A DNA stretch of 64,000 bases from Candidatus Bathyarchaeota archaeon (lineage in GTDB: Archaea > Thermoproteota > Bathyarchaeia > Bathyarchaeales > Bathycorpusculaceae), in contig CAVVIY010000001.1 in assembly GCA_963748475.1 (NCBI GenBank), positions 195,457 to 259,456 on the forward strand, written 5' to 3'. The notes below the pieces were generated by a model. The model ran no database searches. It was not told where the DNA came from and worked only from the letters and a program-made list of their open reading frames with translations. The position numbers were made by a program, and so were the translations under genes. This document shows positions 41,438-52,485 of this stretch, piece after piece; the stretch's first letter is position 1; each line of letters starts with the position of its first letter.

Positions 41438-42451
41438 ATGAGTGAAGACGTAATTAAGGCTGAAGGCCTTACAAAAGTCTTCAATGGTAGCCTTATTGCT
41501 GTCGACCATATAAATTTCAGCGTCAAGCACGGCGAAATCTTCGGGTTCTTGGGACCCAATGGCGCTGGAAAAACGACAACTATAAACATGCTCATTACGC
41601 TCCTAAGACCGACGGAAGGGAAGGCGACTATACTTGGTAGCGATATTGCCAAACAAAACGTTGAGGTTAGAAACTCTATAGGCTTGGTTCCACAGGAGTA
41701 CACTGCCGACGAGGACTTAACTGGTTACGAAAATATGCTCTTGTGCGCGGATCTGTACGGAATTCCGAGAACAGTTTCTAAGAAACGTGCAACAGACCTT
41801 CTGAATCTTGTTGAACTTGCAGTCTTCAAAGACAAGCTGGTACAAACGTACTCTGGCGGTATGCGCCGAAGGCTGGAGCTTGCGTGTGGTCTTATCAACA
41901 GACCTCAAGTTCTCTTTTTGGATGAACCAACGTTGGGCTTGGATGTTCAAACTAGGGTCGCAACTTGGAACTATGTCAGAATGCTGAAAAAAGAGTTCGG
42001 CATGACTCTCTTCATGACTACGCACTACCTTGAAGAAGCTGATGCCCTTTGTGATCGCATCGCCATAATTGACCATGGAAAAATCATGGTGATTGGAACT
42101 CCTGAAGAGTTGAAAGCGAGTTTGGGCGGCGACATGATTAAGCTTGCGATTCAAGAAGGCACAGACATTACTGGGCTTGTGAAAAAGATCGATCACGTTG
42201 TGGACGTTAAGAGGGAGAATGATACTTATCTGATAAAGGCTGAAAACGGTGAAGTGACCGCACCTCTAATTATCGAGGCTTTGCGCAAAGAGGGACATGT
42301 TGTAACCAGGATTTCACTTACAAAACCGACATTGAATGAGGTTTACCTCCAATATACGGGAAAATCTATGCGCGACGTTGAAGAATCTAGGGAAGACGTC
42401 ATGATGCAGAGGATGACATTTAAGAGAGCGAGAGGGCGAAACAGTGAATGA
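41438..42451 (+). CDS. ABC-2 exporter ATP-binding subunit (DrrA-like)
   Basis: GPNGAGKTT, YSGGMRRRLE, FLDEPT, TTHYLEEA. Confidence 0.92.
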   Translation: MSEDVIKAEGLTKVFNGSLIAVDHINFSVKHGEIFGFLGPNGAGKTTTINMLITLLRPTEGKATILGSDIAKQNVEVRNSIGLVPQEYTADEDLTGYENMLLCADLYGIPRTVSKKRATDLLNLVELAVFKDKLVQTYSGGMRRRLELACGLINRPQVLFLDEPTLGLDVQTRVATWNYVRMLKKEFGMTLFMTTHYLEEADALCDRIAIIDHGKIMVIGTPEELKASLGGDMIKLAIQEGTDITGLVKKIDHVVDVKRENDTYLIKAENGEVTAPLIIEALRKEGHVVTRISLTKPTLNEVYLQYTGKSMRDVEESREDVMMQRMTFKRARGRNSE

Positions 42452-43361
42452 GAATGAACAAGTTTCTAAAAATAGGCTGCATGGCCTCTGGGCCTTGACA
42501 AATCGCGATCTGAAAAAATGGTATAAGGCTCCTATAGTCTTCTTACTAACCATACTTCAGCCAATTGTTTGGATGGGTTTGCTTGGAAAATCACTGAATA
42601 TAGGCGCAATATTCAGTACCAGTCAAATACCTCCTATTGCGTTTAACCCACCGCTTACGCTGTCACAGCTTGGTCAGTTAAGCAGTTCAATCCACGGTTT
42701 GTCCGCGAGTATAATGAAAAATACGTTCGGTGTCACTGACTACTTCTCCTTCATGGCTATGGGCATGGTTTCGTTCGCTACGCTTTTCACGGCTTCCTTT
42801 AGTGGCATGTCGGTAGTTTGGGACCGGCGCATGGGTTTCTTGAACAAGGTTCTGAGCACTCCTGTTTCAAAGTCAGTAATAATACTATCAAAGGTTCTTT
42901 CAGCAGCGTTGCGATCTATTTTTCAAGCTGGAATCGTTGTAGCTGTAGCAATCGTCTTTGGCCTTAAATTCGGTACAAACTTCACTGCTTTCAGCATACT
43001 TGGAGTTTTTGCTATTGTTTTCCTAATCTGCATGGGTTTGTCATCGCTCTTCATCGCAATCAACTTGAGGACAACAAGAATAGAAACTCCACAGGCCGTG
43101 ATGACTCTGTTTACACTGCCTATAATCTTTGTTAGCAACGCATTCTTTCCAATCAGCCTGATGCCAAGTTGGTTGCAGATAATAGCTAATGTAAACCCGC
43201 TGTCATACACCACCGATGCAGTGAGACGATTAACGATATTTAGTAATGGTATAGGCAAATTTCCATTTTCCCTTCCATTTGACTTCGCTTACGTTGGAAT
43301 ATTCGCTGCAGTGGCGACAACAATTGGCGTAGTTCTTTCTTGGCGGTTTCTGAACAAGTAA
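42444..43361 (+). CDS. ABC-2 type permease
   Basis: DRRMGFLNKVLSTP, NPLSY, six TM helices. Confidence 0.9.
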   Translation: MNENEQVSKNRLHGLWALTNRDLKKWYKAPIVFLLTILQPIVWMGLLGKSLNIGAIFSTSQIPPIAFNPPLTLSQLGQLSSSIHGLSASIMKNTFGVTDYFSFMAMGMVSFATLFTASFSGMSVVWDRRMGFLNKVLSTPVSKSVIILSKVLSAALRSIFQAGIVVAVAIVFGLKFGTNFTAFSILGVFAIVFLICMGLSSLFIAINLRTTRIETPQAVMTLFTLPIIFVSNAFFPISLMPSWLQIIANVNPLSYTTDAVRRLTIFSNGIGKFPFSLPFDFAYVGIFAAVATTIGVVLSWRFLNK

Positions 43362-43595
43362 AAAGTCAAAAATGAATGTGAAGTTTATTGCGTCTGAAGT
43401 TGAAACGATTGCGTGCAGGTTGTCCCGTTATTATATGTTGAAGCATTTTAGAGAAACTACTTTGTCTGCTCTTTGACGTTTTGAGCGGCTTCTGTGTTCA
43501 GAACTAAAGTGCTACGTAGTGCTCGTATTGTAGCTGCTTACACTGCCCAGAATTGAGATTAAATGGCAATTAAAACTGGGACATGAGATAATCAG

Positions 43596-45119
43596 TTACT
43601 GACGCATTATTCCTATGCCTGAAAGTCTCTCGATCAGAAACTCTTCATTGAATTCTTCTTTTTCAAAACGGATGAGATCTTTAGGATTAGCCAAAAAGCT
43701 ACATCCTTGTTCGTACTCGTCATATTGGATATGCAACCCTTCCTTTCGCTCCTCTGGACTGAAGCGCGCCTTTCTTTCAGTGAAAACCTTCTTTTCACCA
43801 TGACTCTGAGACCTAACTGGATAATGCTTCAACAGAAACTTGTAAGGGAACACTTTGCGTTCCTTAAACTGAATAGAATGTCCTGAGAGTACTATTTCGG
43901 TTTTTTTCAAGTTTTTCCAACTTTGTATTTGACTAAAATGACCGGGCCGTTTGCCGAAACGAAAATACTTAAAGTGTTCTTCAAAATCTAAGTTTTGGGA
44001 AAAGCTGTTATCTACGGGTTCAAAAACTATGACTGTGTGATCAATCGCATTGTACCCCATCTTATCGACGACGTAAATTGCTTCTTTTAGATTCATGTTA
44101 CTCCAGGGAGAGACTCTTATTTCATCAACATCCTGATAAATGAACCAGTCTGCTTTAAGCATCTTTGTTACTTCTCCTATTCGCGCGAGCAGTTTCTTGT
44201 ATTCAAAATATTTAACAGGACCACTTTGTGGAAAACGTTCACTGCCCTCAAGTAAGCCTTTTGACTCAAGTTCTTTCACAATTTCATACGTTGAATCCGC
44301 GGACCAATTGTCAATGATATATGTACTGATGCCTTGATTTACGAGTTTCATTATTGATTTTCTCAAGATATCTTCTTCGTTGTATGCTGTCATCACGGCA
44401 ACTACCTTGAAATTATCAAGTTCATCTTTCTTAGGCATTAAAATCTTGTCATTCCTGTGGACAACTGCAACAGCGGTTTTCTTTGAAAATGATTGGCTAT
44501 TATCTGCAGCGAATCCGATAAACTGTACGTTGAGATTGAAATTGTTAAGAATTGACCTGAATTCTTCCAAATTCGGTCTCCGAGCTTGATTTGGTGTTAT
44601 AGGTAGATTTGGGCTTTTGTTTCCTTTTTCAGTTTCTCTTTCTTTCACAGTCAGGATACAGACGGGAGAAAAAGCCATCAGTCTCTGCATCCTTGAAAGA
44701 ATAGGAGCAATTTCATTCAGATGTTCGACAACATTGGAGCAGACTATTACAGCGTTTCTAAGCATGTTCTCGGTTAACGTAATTCTTTCTTGCTTCGCGG
44801 GAGGTTGATCCAGTTTTTGTAATGGGAACTTTTCGTTGTGCCCTTTCAGATTAGGCTTCCAATCTACTCCAATGACGTGATACTTGGAATTTTCTTGGGA
44901 AAATTCGTCAACATTACTACAACCTATGATAATTATGTGCTTGCAACCAACCATTTCGCTAATTCTGGCGGCGAATGAATACACGTCAAGGGGACAATTG
45001 TTTTCTAGCGAACCACCAAAACACACAGTTTTTCTATGGAAAAACTTGTTGATAGAAAGGGGGCTCCAAATTCCTAGATTTTCGAAAGAATGTGTCCTTG
45101 TTATTCTTGAACATTGCAT
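43596..45119 (-). CDS. GT2-family glycosyltransferase with a degenerate methyltransferase-like N-terminal domain
   Basis: AYNEEDI, IIDNWSADST, QDVDE; N-terminal IIGCSN...IGVD...CSNVVEHL. Confidence 0.78.
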   Translation of the reverse strand: MQCSRITRTHSFENLGIWSPLSINKFFHRKTVCFGGSLENNCPLDVYSFAARISEMVGCKHIIIIGCSNVDEFSQENSKYHVIGVDWKPNLKGHNEKFPLQKLDQPPAKQERITLTENMLRNAVIVCSNVVEHLNEIAPILSRMQRLMAFSPVCILTVKERETEKGNKSPNLPITPNQARRPNLEEFRSILNNFNLNVQFIGFAADNSQSFSKKTAVAVVHRNDKILMPKKDELDNFKVVAVMTAYNEEDILRKSIMKLVNQGISTYIIDNWSADSTYEIVKELESKGLLEGSERFPQSGPVKYFEYKKLLARIGEVTKMLKADWFIYQDVDEIRVSPWSNMNLKEAIYVVDKMGYNAIDHTVIVFEPVDNSFSQNLDFEEHFKYFRFGKRPGHFSQIQSWKNLKKTEIVLSGHSIQFKERKVFPYKFLLKHYPVRSQSHGEKKVFTERKARFSPEERKEGLHIQYDEYEQGCSFLANPKDLIRFEKEEFNEEFLIERLSGIGIMRQ

Positions 45120-45324
45120 TTTCCCTGGTCAAACGTTTTCCCCATTTTGGATTATTTTTTGCAGGTCAGCATATACATTTAACGGTTAATCCACATACGC
45201 ATCTGTGCACTATCAAACATTTTAGTTTTAGTGCTAGTTAATAACGATGTTAACGCATCCGGCACACTAACATGGCGTCAGAGCCCCCACCGCGTTTAAC
45301 ACTGCTCATACCCTTGTGCTAATT

Positions 45325-47134
45325 CTACGAGAAGTTTATAACTACCTTAGAGGTAGCGCCAGTGACCATGATTTCTCCATTCAAGGGGCTGTAGCTCCAG
45401 CCAGTGGAAGGTGTAGTGCCGTCAATGTACACTGATGTAGGTGACTCGTTCACGGAGAAGGTTTGGTTTCCGCTCCCGCTAACTGTGTAGCTTATATTGT
45501 TTGGGTTATAGTTGCTTATCACTATGTTTGCTCCGAGTGCAGTTACTGTAAAGTTTGAAGTAACTCCGTTCAAAGTCAAATTGTTAAAAGTAAGCGCGGT
45601 ACCGTTCTGGCTGAAACCGTTCAGGGTTATTGAATTTGCGAAGCTTACACTGTTTTGGCTCGCTCCCAAAAAGGTAGTGCCAGCCGCAATGCTGACGGTT
45701 GAAGATGAATAAGCAGTCAGGTTCGTTGAAAAACTGAATTGATCCAATGGGTCAGTTAGATATTGCGTGGGTGTAAGATAGAGTGCGTAGGTATAAACTT
45801 TTACAACTGGGTTTGCGGGGTTGCTCATGTTGAAAGCGTAAATTCGCGCGGTCGCTGCACCCGTTTGATTGTCTTCTTCTTGCCTGTTGAATAAGATTTC
45901 TTCTCTGTTCCCTACTCTTTTGTTGTATGCTGTCCCTCCATCATTAACATCGTGCCCATTTAGCGTCATAAACACGTTAGTATAGTTATTTAGCAATTTT
46001 TCGAAGTTGCTGGTCCATATGACATCGGTGGGATTCGCCGTCCAACCATAAGTACCCATTCCATTGAGAAAACTATGTGTTGCTACAATCACGTTTACAT
46101 TTGGATTGCATTTAAGAAGGGTTTGCATCCAATTTAAAACAGTTTGGTTAGCATCATATTCGATGTTAATAACCATAAAGTTGTAATTGCCATTGTCATA
46201 ACTGAATTTTACGGCTGTATCTTTTCCGTCGTTGATGTCTCCTGCCCAATAAGGTTGCTGCCTCATAATTGTAAGGTTAAAAGCAGGATAATTACCGCCG
46301 AACCAAGAACCATTCGGGTCCCCACCACCAGCAGGATGCGAACTATTAAATTGGTCGTGGTTTCCAGCGTTCCAACAGTAGGGAATTCTGTTATTGTAAA
46401 GCTTCATCATGGCGTTGTTAGCGTTGTTCCAATTACCAGTAGAATTGGAAACTTGGACAATATCTCCAGTGTGAATAACCATCACAAGATTCAAAGCGCC
46501 ACTACTATTCACTATCCAACTAGTTAACCCATTAAATAAGCTTGGAGCAGAATCACTCAAATATTGTGTGTCCGTAATCTGAATTACGCTAAATCCGTCA
46601 ATGCTTGGCAGGGAAGTTTCTTAGCGAAGAAACTTGGCTTGTCAGGTTTGCTACTTTTTGGTTTAATGAATTAATCTCCGAGTTTCCTGATGATATTTGA
46701 TTCTCAACGCTTGTTTGGTTAAATGAATTAATTTCTGAGTTCTCAGATGCTAATTCTTTCTGGTATGCTGAAAGTTGATTTTGAAGCTGTGTGACTGTTG
46801 AGGTTTCGGATGCCACTTGGGTTTGCAGGCTTAAAATATCGGTTTTCAATGAACTTAGTGTCGAGTTATCAGAACTTAGTGTCGAGTTATCAGAACTTAG
46901 TGTCGAGTTATCAGATGACACTTGATTCTGAAGGTTTACATTTTGGCTTTTCAACAAGCCAATTTGGCTTTGGCCATTTGTTATTTGGGCATTTTTATCG
47001 TTTAGCGCTGATGTGTAATTAGCAACTACTCCACTCGTGATAATTAGTAGCGCGATGCATAGCAACCCGATTCCGAAAGCAACTTTTCTGCTTACAGCCT
47101 TCTTTTTCTCCAGGATTTTCCCCTCTTTTCCCAT
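45325..47134 (-). CDS. Membrane-anchored coiled-coil + calcineurin-like metallophosphoesterase (frameshift near 46610)
   Basis: QITDTQY (upstream of ORF 46560), HTGDIV, AGNHD, ATH, NGH; N-terminal TM and coiled coil in ORF 46598-47134. Confidence 0.8.
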
Positions 47135-47676
47135 AGACCTTTACGAGCGCGGATAATTAAGGCGTCCGTTTTTTTTAATACTTTGCGGAAGCTAAGGTAG
47201 CGAAGAGATTTGGCTTTGCAGGCTTGCTATTTCTTGGTTTAATGAATTAATTTCCGCGTTATCTGATGCTATTTGGCTCTCAAGGTTTGTTATGGTTGAT
47301 ACGGACCCGCTATCAGATGCTAATTCTTTCTGGTATGCTGAAAGTTGATTTTGAAGCTGTGTGACTGTTGAGGTTTCGGATGCCACTTGGGTTTGCAGGC
47401 TTAAAATATCGGTTTTCAATGAACTTAGTGTCGAGTTATCAGAACTTAGTGTCGAGTTATCAGAACTTAGTGTCGAGTTATCAGATGACACTTGATTCTG
47501 AAGGTTTACATTTTGGCTTTTCAACAAGCCAATTTGGCTTTGGCCATTTGTTATTTGGGCATTTTTATCGTTTAGCGCTGATGTGTAATTAGCAACTACT
47601 CCACTCGTGATAATTAGTAGCGCGATGCATAGCAACCCGATTCCGAAAGCAACTTTTCTGCTTACAGCCTTCTTTT
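46743..47676. repeat. 364-bp direct duplication (46743-47106 = 47313-47676), each copy with 3x21-bp tandem repeat
   Basis: Identical sequence at offset 570; (GAACTTAGTGTCGAGTTATCA)x3 encodes (SSDNSTL)x3. Confidence 0.9.
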
Positions 47677-47683
47677 CACTCAC
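47192..47683 (-). CDS. Membrane-anchored coiled-coil protein
   Basis: TM helix plus heptad repeats; ~120 aa identical to the downstream gene. Confidence 0.75.
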   Translation of the reverse strand: MSEKKAVSRKVAFGIGLLCIALLIITSGVVANYTSALNDKNAQITNGQSQIGLLKSQNVNLQNQVSSDNSTLSSDNSTLSSDNSTLSSLKTDILSLQTQVASETSTVTQLQNQLSAYQKELASDSGSVSTITNLESQIASDNAEINSLNQEIASLQSQISSLP

Positions 47684-48070
47684 AGGATTCCGCCTTCTTT
47701 TCTATTAGACCTTTTACGGATAGAAACTAAGGCATCTGTTTCTTATTAAAACCTTGTGAGGTTGCTGTTTTATACCTTAAAAGATGATTTCGAACTAAAT
47801 ACATAAAGCTATTTCACCAATCTACTTCAACAAATAATATAGGGACAATGTAGAGCACTAAAGTTATGCCGGTTTTGCTTTGCTATTAAAGTTATCATAA
47901 ATCCCTCATAGTTTTTTGTTGTAGTATTTGTGTGTGGGACTTAAAATTCTGTACAAGCTTATTTCTCATTCTTCAATCTGGTTAAAAATAAAAACCGGTG
48001 GTTTTTTCTATATTACTCAAAAACCTTATAACATTACAAGCGCCTCTTTTGGATTTAAAAGGCGTACTGG

Positions 48071-48976
48071 ATGAAGCTTGGCACATATACATTTCAACCT
48101 GAAAAAGCACAGGGATTTGATTTCCAAGTTTTACGCGTTAAAACAGAAACTGGCACACGGATTCCGCCCGTGCAAGATATGTATAGTAATGTCGCCGTTT
48201 TTGCAGACAACATTGCCGTCCGCGATCATCCAGACTGGATATCTCAGTCGCCGCTTGGACCAGCGAAAATGGGAAATAACAACTTCAACATTTACTGGGA
48301 CATTGTGTGCGCCACTCAGCCAAAGCATAGGGCTGAACAATTAAATTACATAGCAGAAGTTAATAGGCACTCGTTTGGTGTGTGGTTAAATAGCCAATAC
48401 TTTGCGGAGCATGGACACTGCATTTGCCCACGTTGCAAGAGTCTGTGGAAGAAAAGTGGTTTAGGTTGGCTTGAGTGGCGCCGAAAAGAAGTTACCGAGT
48501 ACATTGCTCAAATTCGAGAGAAAGTCAAGAAAGACCTGGTTCTGTGTATTCAGCCTGATCCTGTAAGCTCTTATGAGCGTTACGGCGTAGACTTTGACGA
48601 CCTTGCAAAGTACGCTGACGCCTTCAACGTAGTAATGTTCAGCAAAAACTATGCCACCCCATGGTACTGGGAAATGCTTACCCGCGCCTTCAAAAAACTA
48701 CTAAAAAAGCCATTCTACATTAGCTTTTACGTTTTCGGTCCGGGCGACAACCCTAAAGACGTACCATCACCCCAAGATTTGCTTACTGTAAGTGTTCGCT
48801 GTGCAAGAGCAGGTGCCGAAGGGTTCCTATACCTAACTGATAACGCAAGCCAAATTCGCGCTTTCCAGAAAGCAGCAGTTGAAAAGGTTGAGCTTAGAGA
48901 AAAGCTAAGAAGTTACGGTGGCCAGCCAGTGCAAGAATTCCTGGATTATGTTGAAAACTGGAGAAAAATCGTATAG
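48071..48976 (+). CDS. Hypothetical protein, possible glycoside-hydrolase-like TIM barrel
   Basis: HPDW, CICPRC, WLEWRR, YGVDFDDLAKYAD. Confidence 0.65.
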   Translation: MKLGTYTFQPEKAQGFDFQVLRVKTETGTRIPPVQDMYSNVAVFADNIAVRDHPDWISQSPLGPAKMGNNNFNIYWDIVCATQPKHRAEQLNYIAEVNRHSFGVWLNSQYFAEHGHCICPRCKSLWKKSGLGWLEWRRKEVTEYIAQIREKVKKDLVLCIQPDPVSSYERYGVDFDDLAKYADAFNVVMFSKNYATPWYWEMLTRAFKKLLKKPFYISFYVFGPGDNPKDVPSPQDLLTVSVRCARAGAEGFLYLTDNASQIRAFQKAAVEKVELREKLRSYGGQPVQEFLDYVENWRKIV

Positions 48977-49101
48977 TTTTGTGGAACTTTTTTCTTTTAA
49001 CAATACTATTTCACTTAGCTGCATGTTATTTTGATTCTTAAAGCCGTTAGGTTTTTATCGAATCGTCCTTAAGACTATGTTGCGTCTGGAGCAGTGCTAA
49101 T

Positions 49102-49689
49102 TTGGATTTCATCACAGATATAACCAGAGCCGTTATAGCCCTGTTCATCATAGTTGACCCTTTCGGTAATATTCCCATTTTCATAGGGCTAACCGAAAAC
49201 ATTCCAGATGCCCAGAAAAAGAAAGTATATAACACCGCGACGCTCGTTGGCATGGCTCTGCTTCTTGTTTTCGCATTCACAGGTCAAGAAATCTTTTCGC
49301 TTTTTGGGTTATCAATTTACAGTTTCGAGGTTGCCGGCGGCATTCTGCTATTAATTATTGCAATTAGAATCTTGATTACAGGCAGCATGCATGAGAACGC
49401 TGAATCTCCCGAAAGCTTAGGCGCTGTTCCCATTGCCATACCTCTTCTCGTGGGGCCGGGAGCTATCACCACAACTATATTGGACCTTCAAGCTTACGGT
49501 ACAGTAATAGCGATTCTGGCAGTTTTGATTGTGTTATCCTTAACATGGGTTATTCTCAGGTACATAAACGGCATTTACAAGTTTTTAGGCAAAACAGGCT
49601 CCATAGTTATAGCAAGAGTTATGGCGTTACTTATCGCCGCCATCGCGGTGCAATACATTTTGACTGCCGTAACTCATTTTGTAATTTAA
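49102..49689 (+). CDS. marC: MarC-family membrane protein
   Basis: IVDPFGNIPIF, AVPIAIPLLVGPGAIT. Confidence 0.92.
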   Translation: MDFITDITRAVIALFIIVDPFGNIPIFIGLTENIPDAQKKKVYNTATLVGMALLLVFAFTGQEIFSLFGLSIYSFEVAGGILLLIIAIRILITGSMHENAESPESLGAVPIAIPLLVGPGAITTTILDLQAYGTVIAILAVLIVLSLTWVILRYINGIYKFLGKTGSIVIARVMALLIAAIAVQYILTAVTHFVI

Positions 49690-49784
49690 CAAGGGTTGTC
49701 AATTAAAATACGCATTCAGGGCAGCTATAGTTCAAAGCTTAAATTATACAACCTGTATTTTCACTTCCAAAGGGGAAGAAACAT

Positions 49785-50642
49785 TTGGCTAACCAAAAAA
49801 TATGTGAAGGCGACTCCGTGCTGATTTACCTCGATGCACGCAGAACCTACATGATAAAAATGCAAGCAGGACAAACCTTCCACACGCACAAAGGCTACCT
49901 CAAACTTGATGAGTTAATCGGCAAAGAATACGGCGAACCCATCAAAAGCAGCCTCGGCATCTACTTTACCACACTCAAGCCCGCTTTAACAGACTATATA
50001 ATGAAGTCTTCACGCAACACGCAAATCACCTATCCAAAGGACGCAGCACTAATTGTTATGTTCAGCGGAATCGGGCCAGGCAGCCGCGTTGTAGAAGCAG
50101 GCACAGGAACAGGCGCATTAACCACAGCCCTCGCACACTACGTTGAACCAACAGGCAAAGTCTACACTTACGAGTTGCGCAATGAATTCCAAAAAAACGC
50201 CGCTAAAAATCTCCAACGCTCAAAACTCATCGATTACGTTGAAATGAAAAGCGAAGATGTCACCTTAGGCATAGAAGAAAGAGATGTGGATGCCGTGATT
50301 TTAGATTTGGCAACTCCATGGCTTGTGGTACCACACGCTTACGAAGCACTCAAGCCTTCTGGCATAATAGTCTCGTTCAGTCCAACCATCGACCAAGTCG
50401 TGAAAACAACAGAAGCGCTGAAAGAGAACGGCTTCGTATTCATAGAAACGGTCGAGTGCCTAATGCGAGCCATGCAGGTTGAGCGAGGAAAAACCCGACC
50501 CCAAACATTTATGACTGGACATACTGGGTACATTACTCATGCAAGAAAAATCCTCAAACCCCAGCTTCAACCAGCTATCGAGCAACCTCTGGAAACAGAT
50601 GAAAAACAAGAGACAACAGACGCAGTTGCTGAATCAGGTTAA
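49785..50642 (+). CDS. trmI: tRNA (adenine-N1)-methyltransferase
   Basis: TQITYPKD, EAGTGTGALT, ILDLATPW, GHTGYI. Confidence 0.93.
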   Translation: MANQKICEGDSVLIYLDARRTYMIKMQAGQTFHTHKGYLKLDELIGKEYGEPIKSSLGIYFTTLKPALTDYIMKSSRNTQITYPKDAALIVMFSGIGPGSRVVEAGTGTGALTTALAHYVEPTGKVYTYELRNEFQKNAAKNLQRSKLIDYVEMKSEDVTLGIEERDVDAVILDLATPWLVVPHAYEALKPSGIIVSFSPTIDQVVKTTEALKENGFVFIETVECLMRAMQVERGKTRPQTFMTGHTGYITHARKILKPQLQPAIEQPLETDEKQETTDAVAESG

Positions 50643-52244
50643 TTTTTGCTTATTCTTAACTGCTACTGGCTGAGACATGCTCAGCGTCCAGAAAGCTTGC
50701 TTTAGTTGTTCGCCCCGTGTCCAACCGTAGTAGAAGCCTGCGATTCTACCAACGTACGGAATAACTATACGGTCAACAGCCGTATACAAGATTGGATTAT
50801 GCACACGGTTTTCAAGGAAAGTCGGCTTCCAAAGTCTAACGTTGTACTCCCAACATTTAATGAAAAGGTCCCAACGCGCCTGCGAGAGCGAATCCATTTC
50901 AGCGCCTTTCTTATTCATCAGCACACAATTCTCCAATGGAACAAAGAACAACGGCACATAAAACGCATTATAGTCTTTTAATTTATCCATTAACTCAAGC
51001 GTTTGCAGCACATCTTCTTCTTTTTCGTCTGGAAGACCAATAATCAACGTTGCCAGCGGATACCAATTATTATCGTTAAGTATACCAAAGGCGTTCTCGA
51101 CAACTTCTTGCCATTGTTCAGGCTTAAAAGGCAACATTTTGCCAACCATATACTTCTTCATCAACCTTGTGCTGCCAGTTTCAATTCCTGTTTCAGCGGT
51201 AATTATCTCTTTTTTGTCGAAAGAATACCAGCTGCGTTCAATCAGTATTTCTGCAAGTTCCTTTATCATCTGCGGATTATGAACCGCTGGCGCCAAGGAC
51301 ATATGGGAAGCTTGAATGCTTTTAACGCCTGGATGCTGGGCAACGCTTTTTACTAATTTTACGACGGCGTCCTTGTTTGGAATGAATTTTGGATTTTTAG
51401 AGCCATATAAGAACAGGTCTTCGGTGACTAGTGTTATGTGGTCGCTGCCTTCTGCAGTAGATAACGCAACTTCCTTCATAATTTTTTCAAGCGGAACATC
51501 TACCTTGTGCTGCATGGTAGGCGTGCAAAACTGGCAGTTTCTGCCGCAGCCCTTTGAAATTTCCACCGCACCATGAATAGCAGCATGCTTAGACAAGGGC
51601 ATTACGGCATTATAATCCCAGTTGCCTATTGATTCATCAGCTTTAACAATGCGCGGCAGAGCTTCACCATTTACTGCCTTCTTAAAAACGTTAACGATTG
51701 GTTCTGGTCTTCCGCCTAGCAACACGCAATCAACACCGTAACTGTCAGATACCTTTTTGCGTTCCAGCTGCCAAGCGCCAAATCCGCCTACAATAATTTT
51801 TGGCTTAAACTTTTTGATATTTGGATGAGTAACGAGTTTTTGGAATTCGACAGCGTTCATGGGTTCCCCTCCGCCGATTATTGAGGAGTAAGTTTTACTT
51901 ACGTAACCCATGCCTGTAGGATCCATTGAAGATATTCCCACAACCTTGGTTTCTGATCCTATGAAGTCTTCAAAGTCGTCAGGGTGAACCACAGCAACTT
52001 CTTTTTCTGTAAAGCCACTTTCCAGCAGTATGGCTTCTACTTTTCTTAAGCCGTAAGGCGCAAATCTTGCTCTTCCATCAGGCTTGCGTTCAACCGGGGG
52101 ATAAACTGTTTTTCTCATAAAAGTGAGCGGAAATGGACCCTTACCGAAGCCTGCGAAGAAAGCGATAAAAGGATTATTAAAAAAATCGCTCATTTCAGTA
52201 GCTGATGCCGTAAGAACTATTTTTACACCCAAACCCGATTCCAA
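50634..52244 (-). CDS. B12-binding-like radical SAM protein
   Basis: KGCGRNCQFC CxxxCxxC motif, APYGLRKVEA, GIETGS. Confidence 0.88.
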   Translation of the reverse strand: MESGLGVKIVLTASATEMSDFFNNPFIAFFAGFGKGPFPLTFMRKTVYPPVERKPDGRARFAPYGLRKVEAILLESGFTEKEVAVVHPDDFEDFIGSETKVVGISSMDPTGMGYVSKTYSSIIGGGEPMNAVEFQKLVTHPNIKKFKPKIIVGGFGAWQLERKKVSDSYGVDCVLLGGRPEPIVNVFKKAVNGEALPRIVKADESIGNWDYNAVMPLSKHAAIHGAVEISKGCGRNCQFCTPTMQHKVDVPLEKIMKEVALSTAEGSDHITLVTEDLFLYGSKNPKFIPNKDAVVKLVKSVAQHPGVKSIQASHMSLAPAVHNPQMIKELAEILIERSWYSFDKKEIITAETGIETGSTRLMKKYMVGKMLPFKPEQWQEVVENAFGILNDNNWYPLATLIIGLPDEKEEDVLQTLELMDKLKDYNAFYVPLFFVPLENCVLMNKKGAEMDSLSQARWDLFIKCWEYNVRLWKPTFLENRVHNPILYTAVDRIVIPYVGRIAGFYYGWTRGEQLKQAFWTLSMSQPVAVKNKQKLT

Positions 52245-52485
52245 ATATCTCTTTTCCCCACGAATAGAGTAAGAGAATGTTCCATACCCCTATTAAGAAT
52301 TACTATTGGTTGCACGTTATTATCTACGAGTAAGTGCTCAGTCCCCTTAAATCCTTAATTAATTTTGAATACTATACTTTTTTTATTCCCAATGAAATGT
52401 TGGTGGAGAAGTGCATCCTGCAGAGTTATTGAACGTTTAGTTAACAAAGCTTTTAACGGGACTGCCTATTAGAAGCAATTTAGAT

